A stretch of 64,000 nucleotides of DNA. Origin: Eledone cirrhosa (taxonomy: Eukaryota). Below, piece by piece: positions 35,157 through 50,077 of the stretch. Both the position numbers and the translations under genes were made by a program. The stretch is from assembly GCA_964016885.1 (NCBI GenBank), contig CAXHJY010000719.1, positions 1 through 64,000 of the forward strand, written 5' to 3'. Position 1 is the stretch's first letter. Each line of letters begins with the position of its first letter. The notes under the pieces were generated by a model. The model saw only the letters and a list, made by a program, of their open reading frames with translations, made no database searches and was not told the origin of the DNA.

Positions 35157-36925
35157 GTAATAGCGCAACTAATCAGAGAGAGAATTGACCTAGATGAAAT
35201 GCAGTTCGGGTTTGTGTCAGGCAAAAGTACCACAGACGCTCTTTTCATAGTACGACAACTACAAGAGAAGTACCTAGCTAAAGGTAAACCCCTCTACTTA
35301 GCTTTTGTCGACTTGGAGAAAGCCTTCGACAGAGTCCCCCGCTCCATTATCTGGTGGGCTCTTAGAAAACTAGGCGTTGACGAATGGCTTGTGAGGGCTA
35401 TACAAGCCATGTATAAAGAAACAGTCAGCAAGGTTAGAATTAACAACGAATATAGTGAAGAGTTTAGCGTAAAAGTCGGCGTCCATCAGGGCTCTGTTCT
35501 CAGTCCACTACTATTTATTATTGCCCTTCAGGCTATAACAGAGGAGTTCAAGACAGGCTGCCCATGGGAACTCCTATACGCAGACGACCTGACACTCATA
35601 GCGGAATCAATGGCCGAGCTAGAGAAGAAATTCCAAACATGGAAGCACGGCCTAGAGTCAAAAGGACTTAAAATTAACCTGGCTAAGACCAAAGTACTAG
35701 TTTGTAGGAAAGAAAACAAGGCGGCGGTCCCTTCTGGGAAATGGTCGTGCTCGGTGTGTAGGAAAGGCGTAGGTAGAAACTCCATTTTATGTCCTAAATG
35801 CAAAGTATGGGTGCATAAAAGATGTAGTGGGATCACAGGTAGGCTAACTAAGAACATAGATTTTACATGTGGCCGGTGCTCTGGTGCAATAAGTAGCAGC
35901 AAGTGCCCACAAACTACTAGCTCTTTCAATTGCGCAGAGGGTTCTATAGAAATAGTGGACAGCTTCCGTTACCTGGGCGATAAAATCAGCAGTGGGGGAG
36001 GGTGCTCTGAAAGTACTGTAGCTAGAGTCAGAACTGGTTGGAAAAAGTTCAGAGAGCTTATACCACTATTAGCTGCTAAAGGGTTCTCACTAAAAATGAA
36101 AGGCAGGTTGTACGATGCCTGCATACGAACAGCAATGCTGCATGGCAGTGAGACCTGGGCATTGTGTGCAGAGGATATACGCAGACTAGAGAGGAACGAA
36201 GCTTGCATGCTCCGCTGGATGTGTAACAGTAATATACGTGAACGGCAAAGCATAAACGAACTAAGGAATAAATTAGAGATAAGAGGGATCAGATGTTGTT
36301 TACTCGAGAGAAGGCTACGTTGGTATGGACACGTGATGCGCATGAAAGTCGATAGCTGTATAACAAAGTGCAGGGCAATAAAGATAGACGGTAGTCACGG
36401 AATAGGCAGACCTAGAAAAACCTGGGACGAGCTGATAAACTCCGACATCACACACTTACACCTCTCCAAGACAATGTCACTGGACCGAGACCTTTGGCGG
36501 TACTCAGTAACAGAGAAGACCCGCCTTACCTAAATATATAGTAAAACCTACTCCAGCCAGTAGGCATCTCTAACAAAATACACCCCGTCCCACCACCCCC
36601 ACCCGATCCACACCACCCCGTTCTATGTAAAGTTATGTTGGTGCCGCGCCATCGAGGCCGAAACAAATGAGATCGTGTAGGTGTCACGACAAAAAAACAC
36701 ACAGTCCACGCTGTAATGTGGCCGTGTAGGCAACACGGTAAAAACCTCCCAGACCCACACTGTAAATGTGGTTGGTGTTAGGAAGGGCATCCAACTGTAG
36801 AAAACCTGCCAGACAGTCCTATGCGAGCAAGACAATCACTCTTGCCTCAAGTGGGACTACCCCCGTCCAAACCCATGCAAGCGTTGAACACGGACGTTAA
36901 ACGTTGATGATGATGATGATGATGA
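35157..36925 (+). mobile_element. 5'-truncated RTE LINE family A (uninterrupted RT to C-terminus, ORF end 36533)
   Basis: [31 protein letters not shown]-like finger, FRYLG; 3'UTR and (GAT)n tail. Confidence 0.95.
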
Positions 36926-36933
36926 TATATATG

Positions 36934-36964
<31 letters not shown>

Positions 36965-37031
36965 GTATATATATATATATGTATATATATATATGTATAT
37001 ATATATGTATATATATATATGTATATATATG

Positions 37032-37086
<55 letters not shown>

Positions 37087-37137
37087 GTATATATATATGT
37101 ATATATATATGTATATATGTATATGTATATATATATG

Positions 37138-37210
<73 letters not shown>

Positions 37211-37220
37211 GTATATATAT

Positions 37221-37700
37221 TTCGTTTCTGAATTTGTTTAGTAAGATTCTTTATCTGAAATCGTGTGTTGAAACCGATATTGTTATACTTTGGGAGGGTC
37301 ATGTTGCCAATAAGAAACACACGCACCAGTTGCTTTCACTTCAATTTATTATATATTTATAAATTTATAAATTTACAAATCTACAAACTTATAAATTTCT
37401 GGTTGTGTGTTGTGTGCACAGAGTACACAACACACACACAGAAACAAAATGGCGTAGGACAGAAGAAAGGAAAGGCACAGAAACAAAGAAAGGAATCCCC
37501 AGTCACTGAAGAGGTCACAGAGTGTGTGACGAAAGGACTATGACTATATATAAACAACTATCTGGTTGTGGAACCAACCAACCAACCAAGTTTGTAGATT
37601 TGTAAATTTATAAATTTATAAATATATAATAAATTGAAGTGAAAGCAACTGGTGCGTGTGTTTCTTATTGGCAACATGACCCTCCCAAAGTATAACAATA
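37221..37700. mobile_element. Inverted pLTR pair of the 31105-family PLE
   Basis: 37278-37390 is the reverse complement of 37588-37700. Central hairpin at 37405-37435. The left arm has lost the ribozyme segment. Confidence 0.78.
37501..37545 (+). ncRNA. Minimal type I hammerhead-like motif (also 31253-31297 and 63896-63940, - strand)
   Basis: AGTCA-CTGAAGA-G-GTCACA GAGTG TGTGAC-GAAA-GGAC-TA-TGACT. Confidence 0.7.
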
Positions 37701-37737
37701 TATATATATATATATATATATATGTAATATATATATG

Positions 37738-37770
<33 letters not shown>

Positions 37771-37784
37771 GTAATATATATATG

Positions 37785-37897
<113 letters not shown>

Positions 37898-38346
37898 ATA
37901 TATATATATGTATATATATCTATATATATATATGTACATATATATATATGTGTATATATATATATGTATATATATCTATATATATATATGTACATATATA
38001 TATATGTATATATATATATATGTATATATATCTATATATATATATGTACATATATATATCTATATATATATATATATGTACATATATATATATCTATGTA
38101 TATATGTATATATATCTATATATATATATATATGTACATATATATATATCTATGTATATATGTATATATATCTATATATATATATATATGTACATATATA
38201 TATATCTATGTATATATGTATATATATATATATGTTCATATATATATGTATATATATCTATATATATATATATGTATATATATCTATATATATATATATG
38301 TACATATATATATCTATATATATATATATATATATATGTACATATA

Positions 38347-38361
<15 letters not shown>

Positions 38362-38396
<35 letters not shown>

Positions 38397-38715
38397 CATT
38401 TTACGTCCGCTTTTCCCTGCTTGCAGGGGTGGGACGAGAACTGATTCTGGCATGATTTCTACAGCTGGATGCCCTTCCTAACACCAACCTCATTTACAGT
38501 GAGTGCTGGGTGCTTTTTTGCCGTGGCACCTCCACGACCACTTTGCAGTGGAATGACAGGGACCCCAGTCCCTATCATCTCATTTCTACAGCTGAGTAAA
38601 CTGGAGCAATGTGAAATAAAGTGTCTTGCTCAAGGAAACAACACATCACCCAGTCTGAGAATTGAACTCACAACCTTTCGATTGCAAGGCTAATGCTCTA
38701 ACCACTAAGCCATGT
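38362..38715 (-). mobile_element. tRNA/RTE-tail SINE, copy 2, with poly(A) tail
   Basis: Reverse complement of 30657-30998; T-run at 38362-38396. Confidence 0.88.
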
Positions 38716-38740
38716 ACATATATATATCTATATATATATA

Positions 38741-39341
38741 TGGTGGCTGCCAACTCGTTTTCGAGTACGGCCACTACTTTATATCCATGTAGGAGAACCC
38801 CTACCGATGCGCTAAACAAGTGTGACTTTTAGTCCAGCCAGCGACTTGAAAACTCTGGTACAAACACTACACCTGTGACAATTATTGACACATAGTGTTG
38901 GGCCTTTGGTACCATGTGACGACAAGTGTAGAGAGATCTCCAGATATAAAGCAATGCCTGTGCCGTGAAGCTTTTATAGTGAGCAAAGGCACTGCACAAA
39001 GCCAGTCCCACTCTCTTAACCAAGATGATATTTACCAAAAAGAAGAATAAGTCAACATCATTGGATACCATCAGGGTTGCAGGTGTTATATCAGAGTTTT
39101 CCTTCTCTTAGAATTCTGCCTTCACAAAGGCTAAGGGGTCATCTCTCCCGGTGATTTTGGATGGCCATTGACTCTTAAGAGCTCCTTTGCCAGGTTTTGT
39201 TTTTAGTCCTGCAGGATGTCCAAAGTCACCCTCCTCACCAAGAAACCTTGGTGGGGTTGCCAGTTTAGTCGCCAACGACCCGACCATGGGACAGGTTGTA
39301 CTGGGATACATGTTACCAGTAGCACCAACTGGTGACCTGAC
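38741..39341 (-). mobile_element. Non-autonomous RTE-derived retroposon, copy 3 (apparently complete, ~600 bp)
   Basis: Matches 1-588 and 5365-5925; (TA)n on both sides. Confidence 0.75.
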
Positions 39342-39430
39342 ATACATATATATATATACATATGTACATATATATATATCTATGTATATATGTATATATA
39401 TCTATATATCTATATATATATATATATATA

Positions 39431-39734
39431 AGTACGTTATTCCGGGTTGAATTGGAGGTAACCACAGTAAGTAAGGTACTCAATACATTGCAGAGGATAA
39501 AAGTTTTAATATAGATGAGATTCTACAGGACTAGAACTGTTTCATTCTTTAGAAATCATCAGGAATCTGGGTATCAAAAAATAAATATGGTATTTATAGG
39601 TAGAGAAAAATAAATATGGTATTTATAGGTAGAGACCTATAAATACCATATTTATTTTTTGATACCCAGATTCCTGATGATTTCTAAAGAATGAAACAGT
39701 TCTAGTCCTGTAGAATCTCATCTATATTAAAACT
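39431..39734. mobile_element. Inverted pLTR-like pair (arms 39502-39601 and 39635-39734) with left tail
   Basis: ~100-bp inverted repeat with a hammerhead in each arm, flanked by (TA)n. Confidence 0.78.
39668..39718 (+). ncRNA. Type I hammerhead ribozyme (mirror copy 39518-39568, - strand)
   Basis: AGATTC-CTGATGA-TTTCT AA AGAAT-GAA-ACAG TTCTAGTC CTGT-A-GAATCT: 6-bp stem I, 4-bp stem III, GUA cleavage triplet. Confidence 0.8.
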
Positions 39735-39785
39735 ATATATATATATGTACATATATATATCTATGTATATATATAGATATATAGC

Positions 39786-39828
<43 letters not shown>

Positions 39829-39912
39829 CTATATATCTCTATATATATATGTACATATATATATCTATGTACATATATATATCTATGTATATATATATAT
39901 CTATATATATAC

Positions 39913-39989
<77 letters not shown>

Positions 39990-40042
39990 TATATATATCT
40001 ATGTATATATGTATATATATATATATATATATATCTCTCTAT

Positions 40043-43000
40043 ATCATCATCATCATCATCACGGTTTTATGTCCGTTCTTCCACGCTAGCATGGGTTAGA
40101 CGGGTTGTCCTGTTGTGTGCAGTGTCTGGTCGGCTGACCATGCCTTGCTCATACAGGAACTGATCTGGCTTGATTTCTACAGCTGGATGCCCTTCCTAAC
40201 ACCAACTTCATTTACAGTGAGTGCTGGGTGCTTTTTCGTGGCGCCTACACGTCCACTTTACAGTGTGGGCTGGGTGCTTTTTTGCTATGGCACCTCCACG
40301 ACCACCTTGCGGTGGGGGGTGTGGTGGCATATTGTTTATATGCTTCAGCATGTACCCATGGAAGGTCGGGTACTCTGTATTACTGCGTGACGCCAGAAGT
40401 CACGGTCGTGTGTCATTGTCTTTGAGAGGTGTAATTGGGTAAGGTCGGCTTTTATCACCTCATCCCAGGTCATCTTGGGTCTCCCCACTCTGCGGTTTCC
40501 ATCAACTTCTAGTGCTCTGCACCTTTTTATGCAGCTGTCATCCTTCATACGCATCACATGTCCATACGAGCGCAACCGCCTCTCCTGCACACAGCATTTG
40601 ATTCCTCTTATGCTCAGTCTCTCTCTCAATTCATTTATGCTTTGTCGTTCACGTATATTACTGTTACACATCCATCGGAGCATGCAGGCTTCGTTTCTCT
40701 CTAATCTACGTAAGTCTTCCACCTTCAGCGCCCAGGTCTCACTACCATGCAACATCGCTGTTCGGATACACGCATCATACAGTCTGCCTTTCATTCTGAG
40801 GGAGAAGCCTTTTGCAGCTTGCAGTGGTAGTAGTTCCCTAAACTTCTTCCATCCCGTTCTTACCCTAGGTATTGTACTTTCTGAACAGCCACCTCCGTTG
40901 CTAATTCGGTCACCTAGGTAGCAGAAGCTGTCTACTGTATCTACAGGGCCCTCCCAGAGATTGGTGGTACTTGTTTCCTGTGGCTGTTTGCTGCTTGCTG
41001 TTTCAGCACAGCTGCTGCATGTGAATCCTACATTCTTAATTAAGCTTCCTGAGATCCCGCTACATCTCTTGTGTACCTATTGTTTGCATTTGGGGCAGAG
41101 AATGGAGTTCCTACCTACACCTTTCCTACATACTGAGCAAGGCCATTTCCCTGCGGGGATCTGGGTTCTGTTTTCTCGTCTACTTACAAGGACCTTAGTC
41201 TTTGTCATGTTGACTTTGAGACCCTTTCTTTCTAGTCCCTGCTTCCAGGTTTGGAATTTATTCTCTAGTTCTACCATAGATTCAGCTATGAGTGCGAGGT
41301 CATCAGCATACAGGAGTTCCCATGGGCATCCGGTCTTAAACTCCTCCGTTATTGCCTGCAGGACTATGATGAACAGGAGAGGGCTAAGAACAGAGCCCTG
41401 GTGGACCCCAACCTGTACGCTAAATTCCTCGCTATACTCATTGCTAATCCTAACTTTGCTGACTGCTCCCCTATACATGGCTTGTACCGCTTTCACAAGC
41501 CATTCATCTACTCCTAGTTTTCTAAGAGCCCACCAGATTACCGCACGTGGAACTCTGTCAAAGGCTTTCTCAAGGTTGACAAATGCCAAGTAGAGTGGCT
41601 TACTTTTAGCTAGGTACTTTTCCTGTAATTGCCTCACAAGGAAGAGGGCATCAGTGGTGCCTCTTCTTGGTACAAACCCAAATTGCATCTCGTCTATTTT
41701 CACCCGGTCCCTAATCAGCTGTGCTATAACTCTTTCTGTTACTTTCATGACCTGGTCCATCAACTTTATACCTCTATAGTTTCCTCTATCTAGTGCATCG
41801 CCTTTACCTTTGTAGCAGTTGACAATGATGCTACTGCACCAATCTTTTGGTATGGCCCCTTCTAGTATTACCTGGTTAACGATACGTGTGGTTATAGTGT
41901 GACCTACAGACCCAGATGCCTTCAGCATCTCGGCAGCTATCCCCGATGGACCGGTTGCCTTCCCCATCTTCATATCTCTGATTGCCTTACTTACTACGCT
42001 GCCGCTGACTTGTACTGCTGGTCCCTCTATAGGGTCTACTTGGGGTAGGGTCTCTTCTTCCCATGCATTCTCCTCATTTAGTAATCTATCATAATGACTC
42101 TTCCATGCATCTTTCTTCTCAGCACTTGTGAGGGCAAGCTCACCATTATCATTCCGGATACACTTCTCTCCAATGACATCACAACTATCTCTGACAACTG
42201 CCTCGCAATCTTGAATACCTCCTGTTTCTGGTCCTCACGTTGTAAAACATGCTTGAATTTTCTATCCTCTGCTTCCCTCCTAGCTAAGTATACTTGTCGC
42301 CTAGCTTCCCTCTTGGTTTCTATGTAATGTACCCTGCCTCCCCCGTTCTTCCATTCTTTCCATGCCTGTCTCTTGGCCTTGACTGCTTCATCTACCTTAT
42401 TGTTCCACCACCAAGTCACTCTCCTCCTGCTTGAGGTCTTACTCCAGCCACAGACCTCGTCCGTCGCCTCTAGTAAATTATTTTTTAGGAACTCCCAGTT
42501 CTCTTCTACATTAAATGTCTCTATCTGTTCTTCTTTACTGTCGTAGGCGTTGAGTAAAATATCTTTAAATCTGTTACTGGTTGAGGGGACTTTCAGCTTC
42601 CAGATCTTTCTTCTCCAGGTTGGCCTCTGTTTCAGGGCTCGTTTAGTTCTGACCGTGAGGTCGCTGACAACTAAGCTATGTTGGGATGTACATTCCTCAC
42701 TAGGGAAGGCTTTTTTGTTTACGACCGTCCATCTGTCACGTCCTCTGATGAGGATAAAATCTAACTGAGTAGAGTGCTCCCCTGATCTATAGGTGATCAG
42801 GTGGTTGTCGGGTTTTTTAAAGTTTGTGTTACATATCGACATGTCATTGGCGACGCAGAATTCTAGAAGTCTGAATCCTTCCTCATTCCTTGTGCCAACT
42901 CCATGGCCTCCATGTACTCTATTGAAGCCGTCGCTGTGTTTACCTACGTGTCCGTTAAAATCTCCTGCGATGATTAGGAAGTCATTGTCGTTTATTAGAG

Positions 43001-43572
43001 CAGTAGTGTGCATTAGGGACTCGTAAAACCTATCCTTAAGTTCGTCTGGCAGCCCCGATTGGGGTGCGTCAGCTGATATTATTGTGGTAATTGTCTTATT
43101 CAGGACTAATCTGAGTTTAATGATTCTTGCATTTACCCTGTACACTGAGATTACTTTATCTATCCACTTGTCAGCTAACAGTATACCTACACCACCCATC
43201 CCATCGTCATTTCCCACCCAGAAAAATTTGTAGCACTGACTTTTTCCTACAAGGACTCTAGCAGACTCTCCTCTCCATCTAGTCTCTTGCACACAGCATA
43301 CATCAACTTCCTTTCGCTCTAGCATTTCTACGATTTCTCCTGCTCTTCCTTTCATTGAGCCTACATTGATGGTACCAACTCGGAGTTTTGGGCATTTGTC
43401 GACACTCGTAGGGGAGGGTCTCTGTGTTGGCGCTTCACGTGGGTGCTTGGTAGCTCGCAGATTCATATTTCATCTATTGATTCAGAGTTGCTCAAATGTA
43501 TTCTCAGCTCACCCATCCATAACGGTGGGAAAATTGAGGGCTAGAAGAACAGTGGTGGTGGGGTAATGGCAA
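40043..43572 (-). mobile_element. Near full-length RTE LINE family B (APE-RT), a few disablements
   Basis: APE motifs (TINV, VQETRW, AGDFNGH, LDFILI) at 42078-43466; RT at 41077-41973; C-terminus at 40345-40794. Confidence 0.95.
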
Positions 43573-43698
43573 TGTACATATATATATCTATGTATATATA
43601 TATATATATCTATATATATACCTATATATATATATACATATTTATATGTATATATATATATGTATATATATACATATATATATATACATATATATATG

Positions 43699-43737
<39 letters not shown>

Positions 43738-43778
43738 GTATATATATATGTATATATATATATATGTATATATATATG

Positions 43779-43873
<95 letters not shown>

Positions 43874-43875
43874 GT

Positions 43876-46350
43876 ATGGCCAGGAGGGAAGCTAGGAGAC
43901 AAGTGTACTTCGCAAGAAGGGAAGCAGAGGAAAGAAAGTTCAAGCATGTTCTACAACGTGAGGACCAAAAACGTGAGGTGTTCAGGATTGCCAGGCAATG
44001 TGTCAAGGAAAACCGTGATATTGTCGGGGAGAAGTGTGTACTTAACGATGATGGCATACTTGCCATCACCAACGCTGATAAGAAGGTAGCTTGGAAGTGT
44101 CACTACGAAAGGCTTCTAAATGAGGAGAACAAATGGGAGAAAGACAGTCTCCCCCAGATCGATCCAATAGAGGGACCAGCAGTGTTAGTTGAAGGTAGTA
44201 TAATAAGTAAGGCAATCAAAGATATGAAGACGGGTAAGGCGGCTGGGCCTTCGGAAATAGTTGCTGAGATGCTGAAGGCATCTGGTTCGGTGGGACACAC
44301 CATGGTCACCCGCATAGTTAACCAAGTCGTACAGAATGGGGTTGTTCCGAAGGACTGGCATAGCAGCATCATCATTAACTGCTATAAGGGAAAAGGAGAT
44401 GCCCTAGATAGGAGTAACTATAGAGGCATTAAATTAATCGACCAGGTCATGAAGGTCACGGAAAAAGTAATAGCGCAACTAATCAGAGAGAGAATTGATC
44501 TAGATGAAATGCAGTTCGGGTTTGTGTCAGGCAAAAGTACCACAGACGCTCTTTTCATTGTACGACAACTACAGGAGAAGTACCTAGCTAAAAGTAAACC
44601 CCTATACTTAGCTTTCGTCGACTTGGAGAAAGCCTTCGACAGAGTCCCCCGTTCCATTATCTGGTGGTCTCTTAGAAAACTAGGTGTTGACGAATGGCTT
44701 GTGAGAGCTATACAAGCCATGTATAAAGAAACAGTCAGTAAGGTTAGAATTAACAACGAATATAGTGAAGAGTTTAGCGTAAAAGTTGGTGTCCATCAGG
44801 GCTCTGTTCTTAGCCCCCTACTATTTATTATTGCCCTTCAGGCTATAACAGAGGAGTTCAAGACCGGCTGCCCATGGGAACTCCTATACGCAGATGATCT
44901 AACGCTCATAGCTGAATCAATGACCGAACTAGAGAAGAAATTCCAAACATGGAAGCACGGCCTTTAATCAAAAGGCCTTAAAATTAACCTGGCTAAGACT
45001 AAAGTTCTAGTTTGTAGGAAAGAAAATAAGGTGGTGGTCCCATCTGGGAAATGGCCATGCTCAGTGTGTAGGAAAGGCGTAGGTAGAAACTCCATTTTAT
45101 GTCCCAAATGCAAAGTATGGGTGCATAAAAGATGTAGTGGGATCACAGGTAAGCTAACTAAGAACATAGATTTTACATGTGGCCGGTGCTCTGGTGCAAT
45201 AAGTAGCAGCAAGTGCCCATAAAATACTAGCTCCTTCAACTGCGCAGAGGGTTCTATAGAAATAGTGGACAGCTTCCGTTATCTGGGTGACAAAATCAGC
45301 AGTGGGGGAGGGTGCTCTGAAAGTACAGTAGCTAGAGTCAGAACTGGATGGAAAAAGTTCAGAGAGCTTATACCACTATTAGCCGCTAGAGGGTTCTCCC
45401 TAAAAATGAAAGGCAGGTTATACGATGCCTGCATACGAACAGCAATGCTGCATGGCAGTGAGACCTGGGCATTGTGTGCAGAGGATATACGCAGACTAGA
45501 GAGGAACGAAGCTTGCATGCTCCGCTGGATGTGCAATAGTAATATACGTGAACGGCAAAGCATAAACGAACTAAGGAAAAAATTAGAAATAAGAGGGATC
45601 AGATGTTGTTTACTCGAGAGAAGGCTACGTTGGTACAGTCACGTGATGCGCATGAAAGACGACAGCTGTATAACAAAGTGCAGGGCAATAAAGATAGACG
45701 GTAACCACGGAGTAGGCAGACCCAGAAAAACATGGGACGAGCTGATAAATTCCGACCTCACACGCTTACACCTCTCCAAGACAATGTCACTGGACCGAGA
45801 CCTTTGGCGGTACTCAGTAATAGAGAAGACCCGCCTTACCTAAATACAAAGTAAAAACCTACTACAGTCAGTAGGCATCTCTATCAAAACACACCCCCGT
45901 CCCACCACCTCCACCCCACCCACACCGCCCCTTTCAATGTAAAGTTATGTTGGTCCCACAACATCCAGGCCGAAACAAATGAGATCGTGTAGGTGTCACG
46001 ACAAAAAACACACAGTCCACGCTGTAAATGTGGCCGTGTAGGCAACACGGTAAAAACCTCCCAGCCCCACACTGTAAATGTGGTTGGTGTTAGGAAGGGC
46101 ATCCACCTGTAGAAAACCCGCCAGACAGTCCACGCTGTAAATGTGGCCGTGTAGGCAACACGGTAAAAACCTCCCAGCCCCACACTGTAAATGTGGTTGG
46201 TGTTAGGAAGGGCATCCAACTGTAGAAAACCCGCCAGACAGTCCTATGCGAGCAAGACAACCACTCTTGCCTCAAGTGGGAAAACCCCCGTCCAAACCCA
46301 TGCAAGCGTGGAACACGGACGCTAAACCTGATGATGATGATGATGATGAT
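43876..46350 (+). mobile_element. 5'-truncated RTE LINE family A
   Basis: RT and PHD-like finger with two stops; 3'UTR with two ~113-bp units; (GAT)n tail. Confidence 0.95.
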
Positions 46351-46439
46351 GTATATATATATACATATATATATATATGTATATATATACATATATATAT
46401 ATATGTATATATACATATATACATATATGTATATATATG

Positions 46440-46621
<182 letters not shown>

Positions 46622-46648
46622 CACACACATATATATATATATATATTT

Positions 46649-46682
<34 letters not shown>

Positions 46683-46685
46683 TAT

Positions 46686-47026
46686 GGAGGCACATGGCTT
46701 AGTGGTTAGAGCATTGGCCTTGCAATCGAAAGGTTGTGAGTTCAATTCTCAGACCGGGTGATGTGTTGTTTCCTTGAGCAAGACACTTTATTTCACATTG
46801 CTCCAGTTTACTCAGCTGTAGAAATGAGATGATAGGGACTGGGGTCCCTATCATTCCACTGCAAAGTGGTCGTGGAGGTGCCACGGCAAAAAAGCACCCA
46901 GCACTCACTGTAAATGAGGTTGGTGTTAGGAAGGGCATCCAGCTGTAAAAATCAAGCCAGAATCAGTTCCCGTCCCACCCTTGCAAGCAGGGAAAAAGCG
47001 GACGTAAAATGAAATGATGATGATGA

Positions 47027-47029
<3 letters not shown>
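46686..47029 (+). mobile_element. tRNA/RTE-tail SINE, copy 3
   Basis: Near-identical to 30657-30998; A box TGGCTTAGTGG. Confidence 0.9.
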
Positions 47030-47069
<40 letters not shown>

Positions 47070-47070
<1 letters not shown>

Positions 47071-47773
47071 GATATTAATAAATGGAAACTATATTTATAA
47101 AACCATATTTATTTCATTATACATATTTCAGGGATAGCAAATTAAATTATGGTATGCCTTCATCAGACAAAATACAATATATAACAGTTTTACAACTAAG
47201 CTTTGACGTACCCTATTAAAATGCAACCATTGTTTTTGGAAGTCATCCGGATAGTGAATTGTTTATATAACTTTAATAAGTCATAGTGTTAAGGACAATT
47301 AGAAAAAGACGGAGAGAAAGAAAACGACAGAGAGAAAGAAAACGTGGAGAAATATCGGAGAGAGAGAGAGATGCATGGAGAAAAAAAAGAAAGAGATAAG
47401 TAAAGACAGGAGGAAAGGAAGAAAGAAGAAAAAAGGAAGAAATTAAAAAAACAGAGGAAAGCAACAGAGAGATATTAAGTCAACAGACAGATAGAAAAAC
47501 TCAAGAGAGAGAAATGTTATATATAGAGAGAGGGAGATTATGAAAACTTTACGTCATGTCATGTTAAGTTGAGTTAACAATTCATATGAAATGAATAATA
47601 AAAATATAAATATTAATATTCATGAATGGGACATAGATATATAATATGAGAAATTAAACATTGTTTAATAATGACTATATTTTTAGTTTAAACCTTGAGA
47701 TCAATATACCAAAATTTGGGTTTAATCTCCAAAATGTACACATTGCTAGAGAAAGTCAGTATCTCAGGCAAAG

Positions 47774-47823
<50 letters not shown>

Positions 47824-49976
47824 GCACGTCCTGAAAATAGAAATTATATTTACTCAAGTCAACAATATAGACATATAAAACGCAGACGATTTCTCTTAAT
47901 CACTGCTATACATTCGTTGTGTTATAAAAAGTTCACAGTATATATACACATAAATATATACGATTAACATTCATGACTTCGTATATATGATTACCATTCA
48001 TGCATTTAATATGGGTTTTAATATTTAGTGAGAAAGGGGGAGCAAACCATAATATGTTTCTAGTTCTATTTCTTTTTCGGCTTTTGGAATTATTGTAATG
48101 TTTTCTATTATAGTTGTTAAAGTTGTTACCATAATTAAAATTGTTATTATTTTGGTTAGTTTGCTTATTATTATTATTATTATCAATGTATTTAATTTTA
48201 TTTCTATATCCAGCTCTACCTAACGCTTCATTGTAATAATGCGCTTTTTCATCAAATATATTTTTATTAGATGAAATTCTTGAAATTCTTTCTTGAACAG
48301 AGTTCACTATAGTATTTTTAACAGATCTGGGGTGATGAGAGTTAAAATTAACATAATTCAAGTTCTCATTTAGTTTGTGAAATGGATAATGAAGACGTGT
48401 TGAGATTTAGTGTTACGTCAAGAAAATTGACTATTTTATGGTTATTCTCTATTTCTACTTTTAGATTATGGTAATTAAAAAATTGTATAATTTGTTTTCT
48501 TTTCCTATTTAGTTCACAGCTATTATTTTGTATTATTTTGTCATCACGATATAAGCCTCTGGTTACACCCAGTATTTTTCTATGTAGCGAATTAATTATA
48601 AATAGGCCCACAAGGTCCGTTACCTGAGCTCAGTCTGATGATCCCATAGTTATGTCGAAATTATTATTTCTATCTGCCCTAGTCCAGAGTTGGTTATTAA
48701 ATGCTATCAATGTTTTCCTTGCCGATAATATAATGTGCATTTCATTGCTAGTTAGGTCAGTAGGTTTAAATGTGTAATTTAGTGCCTTATTCAGTAGATT
48801 AGGAGTGATAGATGAGTAGTAGTTAGCAATATCCAGCTGAATAAACTTATTATTATAGTTATATTTAATTTCTTTAAACCAATCGATAACCTCACTAGTC
48901 CCTTTCCATAATTTTAAGTAAGATAAATTAGGTAAGTTTTTAATTTGTTGTATTACCCTGTCTAGAATATTTTTGCTAAATGATGACGCACGCAGATATT
49001 TATTTATACATATATAGGTGTATATGTATATATGTGTGTGTATGTATATGTGTGAGTAAAAATTATGTTGCATAACCACGCAGTTTGGATTGCAGAAATG
49101 TTAAATGCATGAATGGTAATCATATATACGAAGTCATGAATGTTAATCGTATATATTTATGTGTATATATACTGTGAACTTTTGATATATATATATATAT
49201 ATATATTTGTGTGTCTTTGCCTGAGATACTGACTTTCTCTAGCAATGTGTACATTTTGGAGATTAAACCCAAATTTTGGTATATTGATCTCAAGGTTTAA
49301 ACTAAACATATAGTCATTATTAAACAATGTTTAATTTCTCATATTATATATCTATGTCCCATTCATGAATATTAATATTTATATTTTTATTATTCATTTC
49401 ATATGAATTGTTAACTCAACTTAACATGACATGACGTAAAGTTTTCATAATCTCCCTCTCTCTCTCTATATAACATTTCTCTCTCTTGAGTTTTTCTATC
49501 TGTCTGTTGACTTAATATCTCTCTGTTGCTTTCCTCTGTTTTTTTAATTTCTTCCTTTTTTCTTCTTTCTTCCTTTCCTCCTGTCTTTACTTATCTCTTT
49601 CTTTTTTTTCTCCATGCATCTCTCTCTCCGTCGTTTTCTTTCTCTCCGTCTTTTACTAATTGTCCTTAACACTATGACTTATTAAAGTTATATAAACAAT
49701 TCACTATCCGGATGACTTCCAAAAACAATGGTTGCATTTTAATAGGGTACGTCAAAGCTTATTTGTAAAACTGTTATATATTGTATTTTATCTGATGAAG
49801 GCATACCATAATTTAATTTGGTATCCCTGAAATATCTATAATGAAATAAATATGGTTTTATAAATATAGTTTCCATTTATTAATATCGTATATCTACTCC
49901 AAATACTTGTCGAGTGCTTTATATCAGTTATAAAAATATTTACTTGTTGTATCCCAACAATTTTAAATAGAGCTTT

Positions 49977-49980
<4 letters not shown>
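47070..49980. mobile_element. PLE remnant: long inverted pLTRs (47070-48008 and 49103-49890) around an RT fragment
   Basis: Arms are reverse complements apart from an indel at an internal TA run. Minus-strand RT at 48010-48990: FIQLDIANYYSSI, FDITMGSSD*AQVTDLVGL, GLYRDD, VNFLDVTLNL, SHHPRSV, RNILWFAPPFS. Confidence 0.88.
49784..49848 (+). ncRNA. Minimal type I hammerhead (mirror copy 47110-47174, - strand)
   Basis: TATTTTAT-CTGATGA-AGGCATACCA..TGGTATCCCT-GAAA-TATCTA-TA-ATGAAATA. Confidence 0.75.
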
Positions 49981-50018
<38 letters not shown>

Positions 50019-50077
50019 GCCACACGAGTCGGCGGCGGCAGACTCGGCACGCATCAATGGTGGAACACACATCGGCG

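Noticed and set aside
46686-46760. tRNA genes at the SINE heads
   Set aside because: The cloverleaf is incomplete and each head runs into a SINE body and LINE tail.
48630-48632. In-frame TGA in the PLE RT as possible selenocysteine
   Set aside because: It falls at the conserved Gly of the MGSxDGA motif (GGA to TGA), and the copy has other frameshifts.
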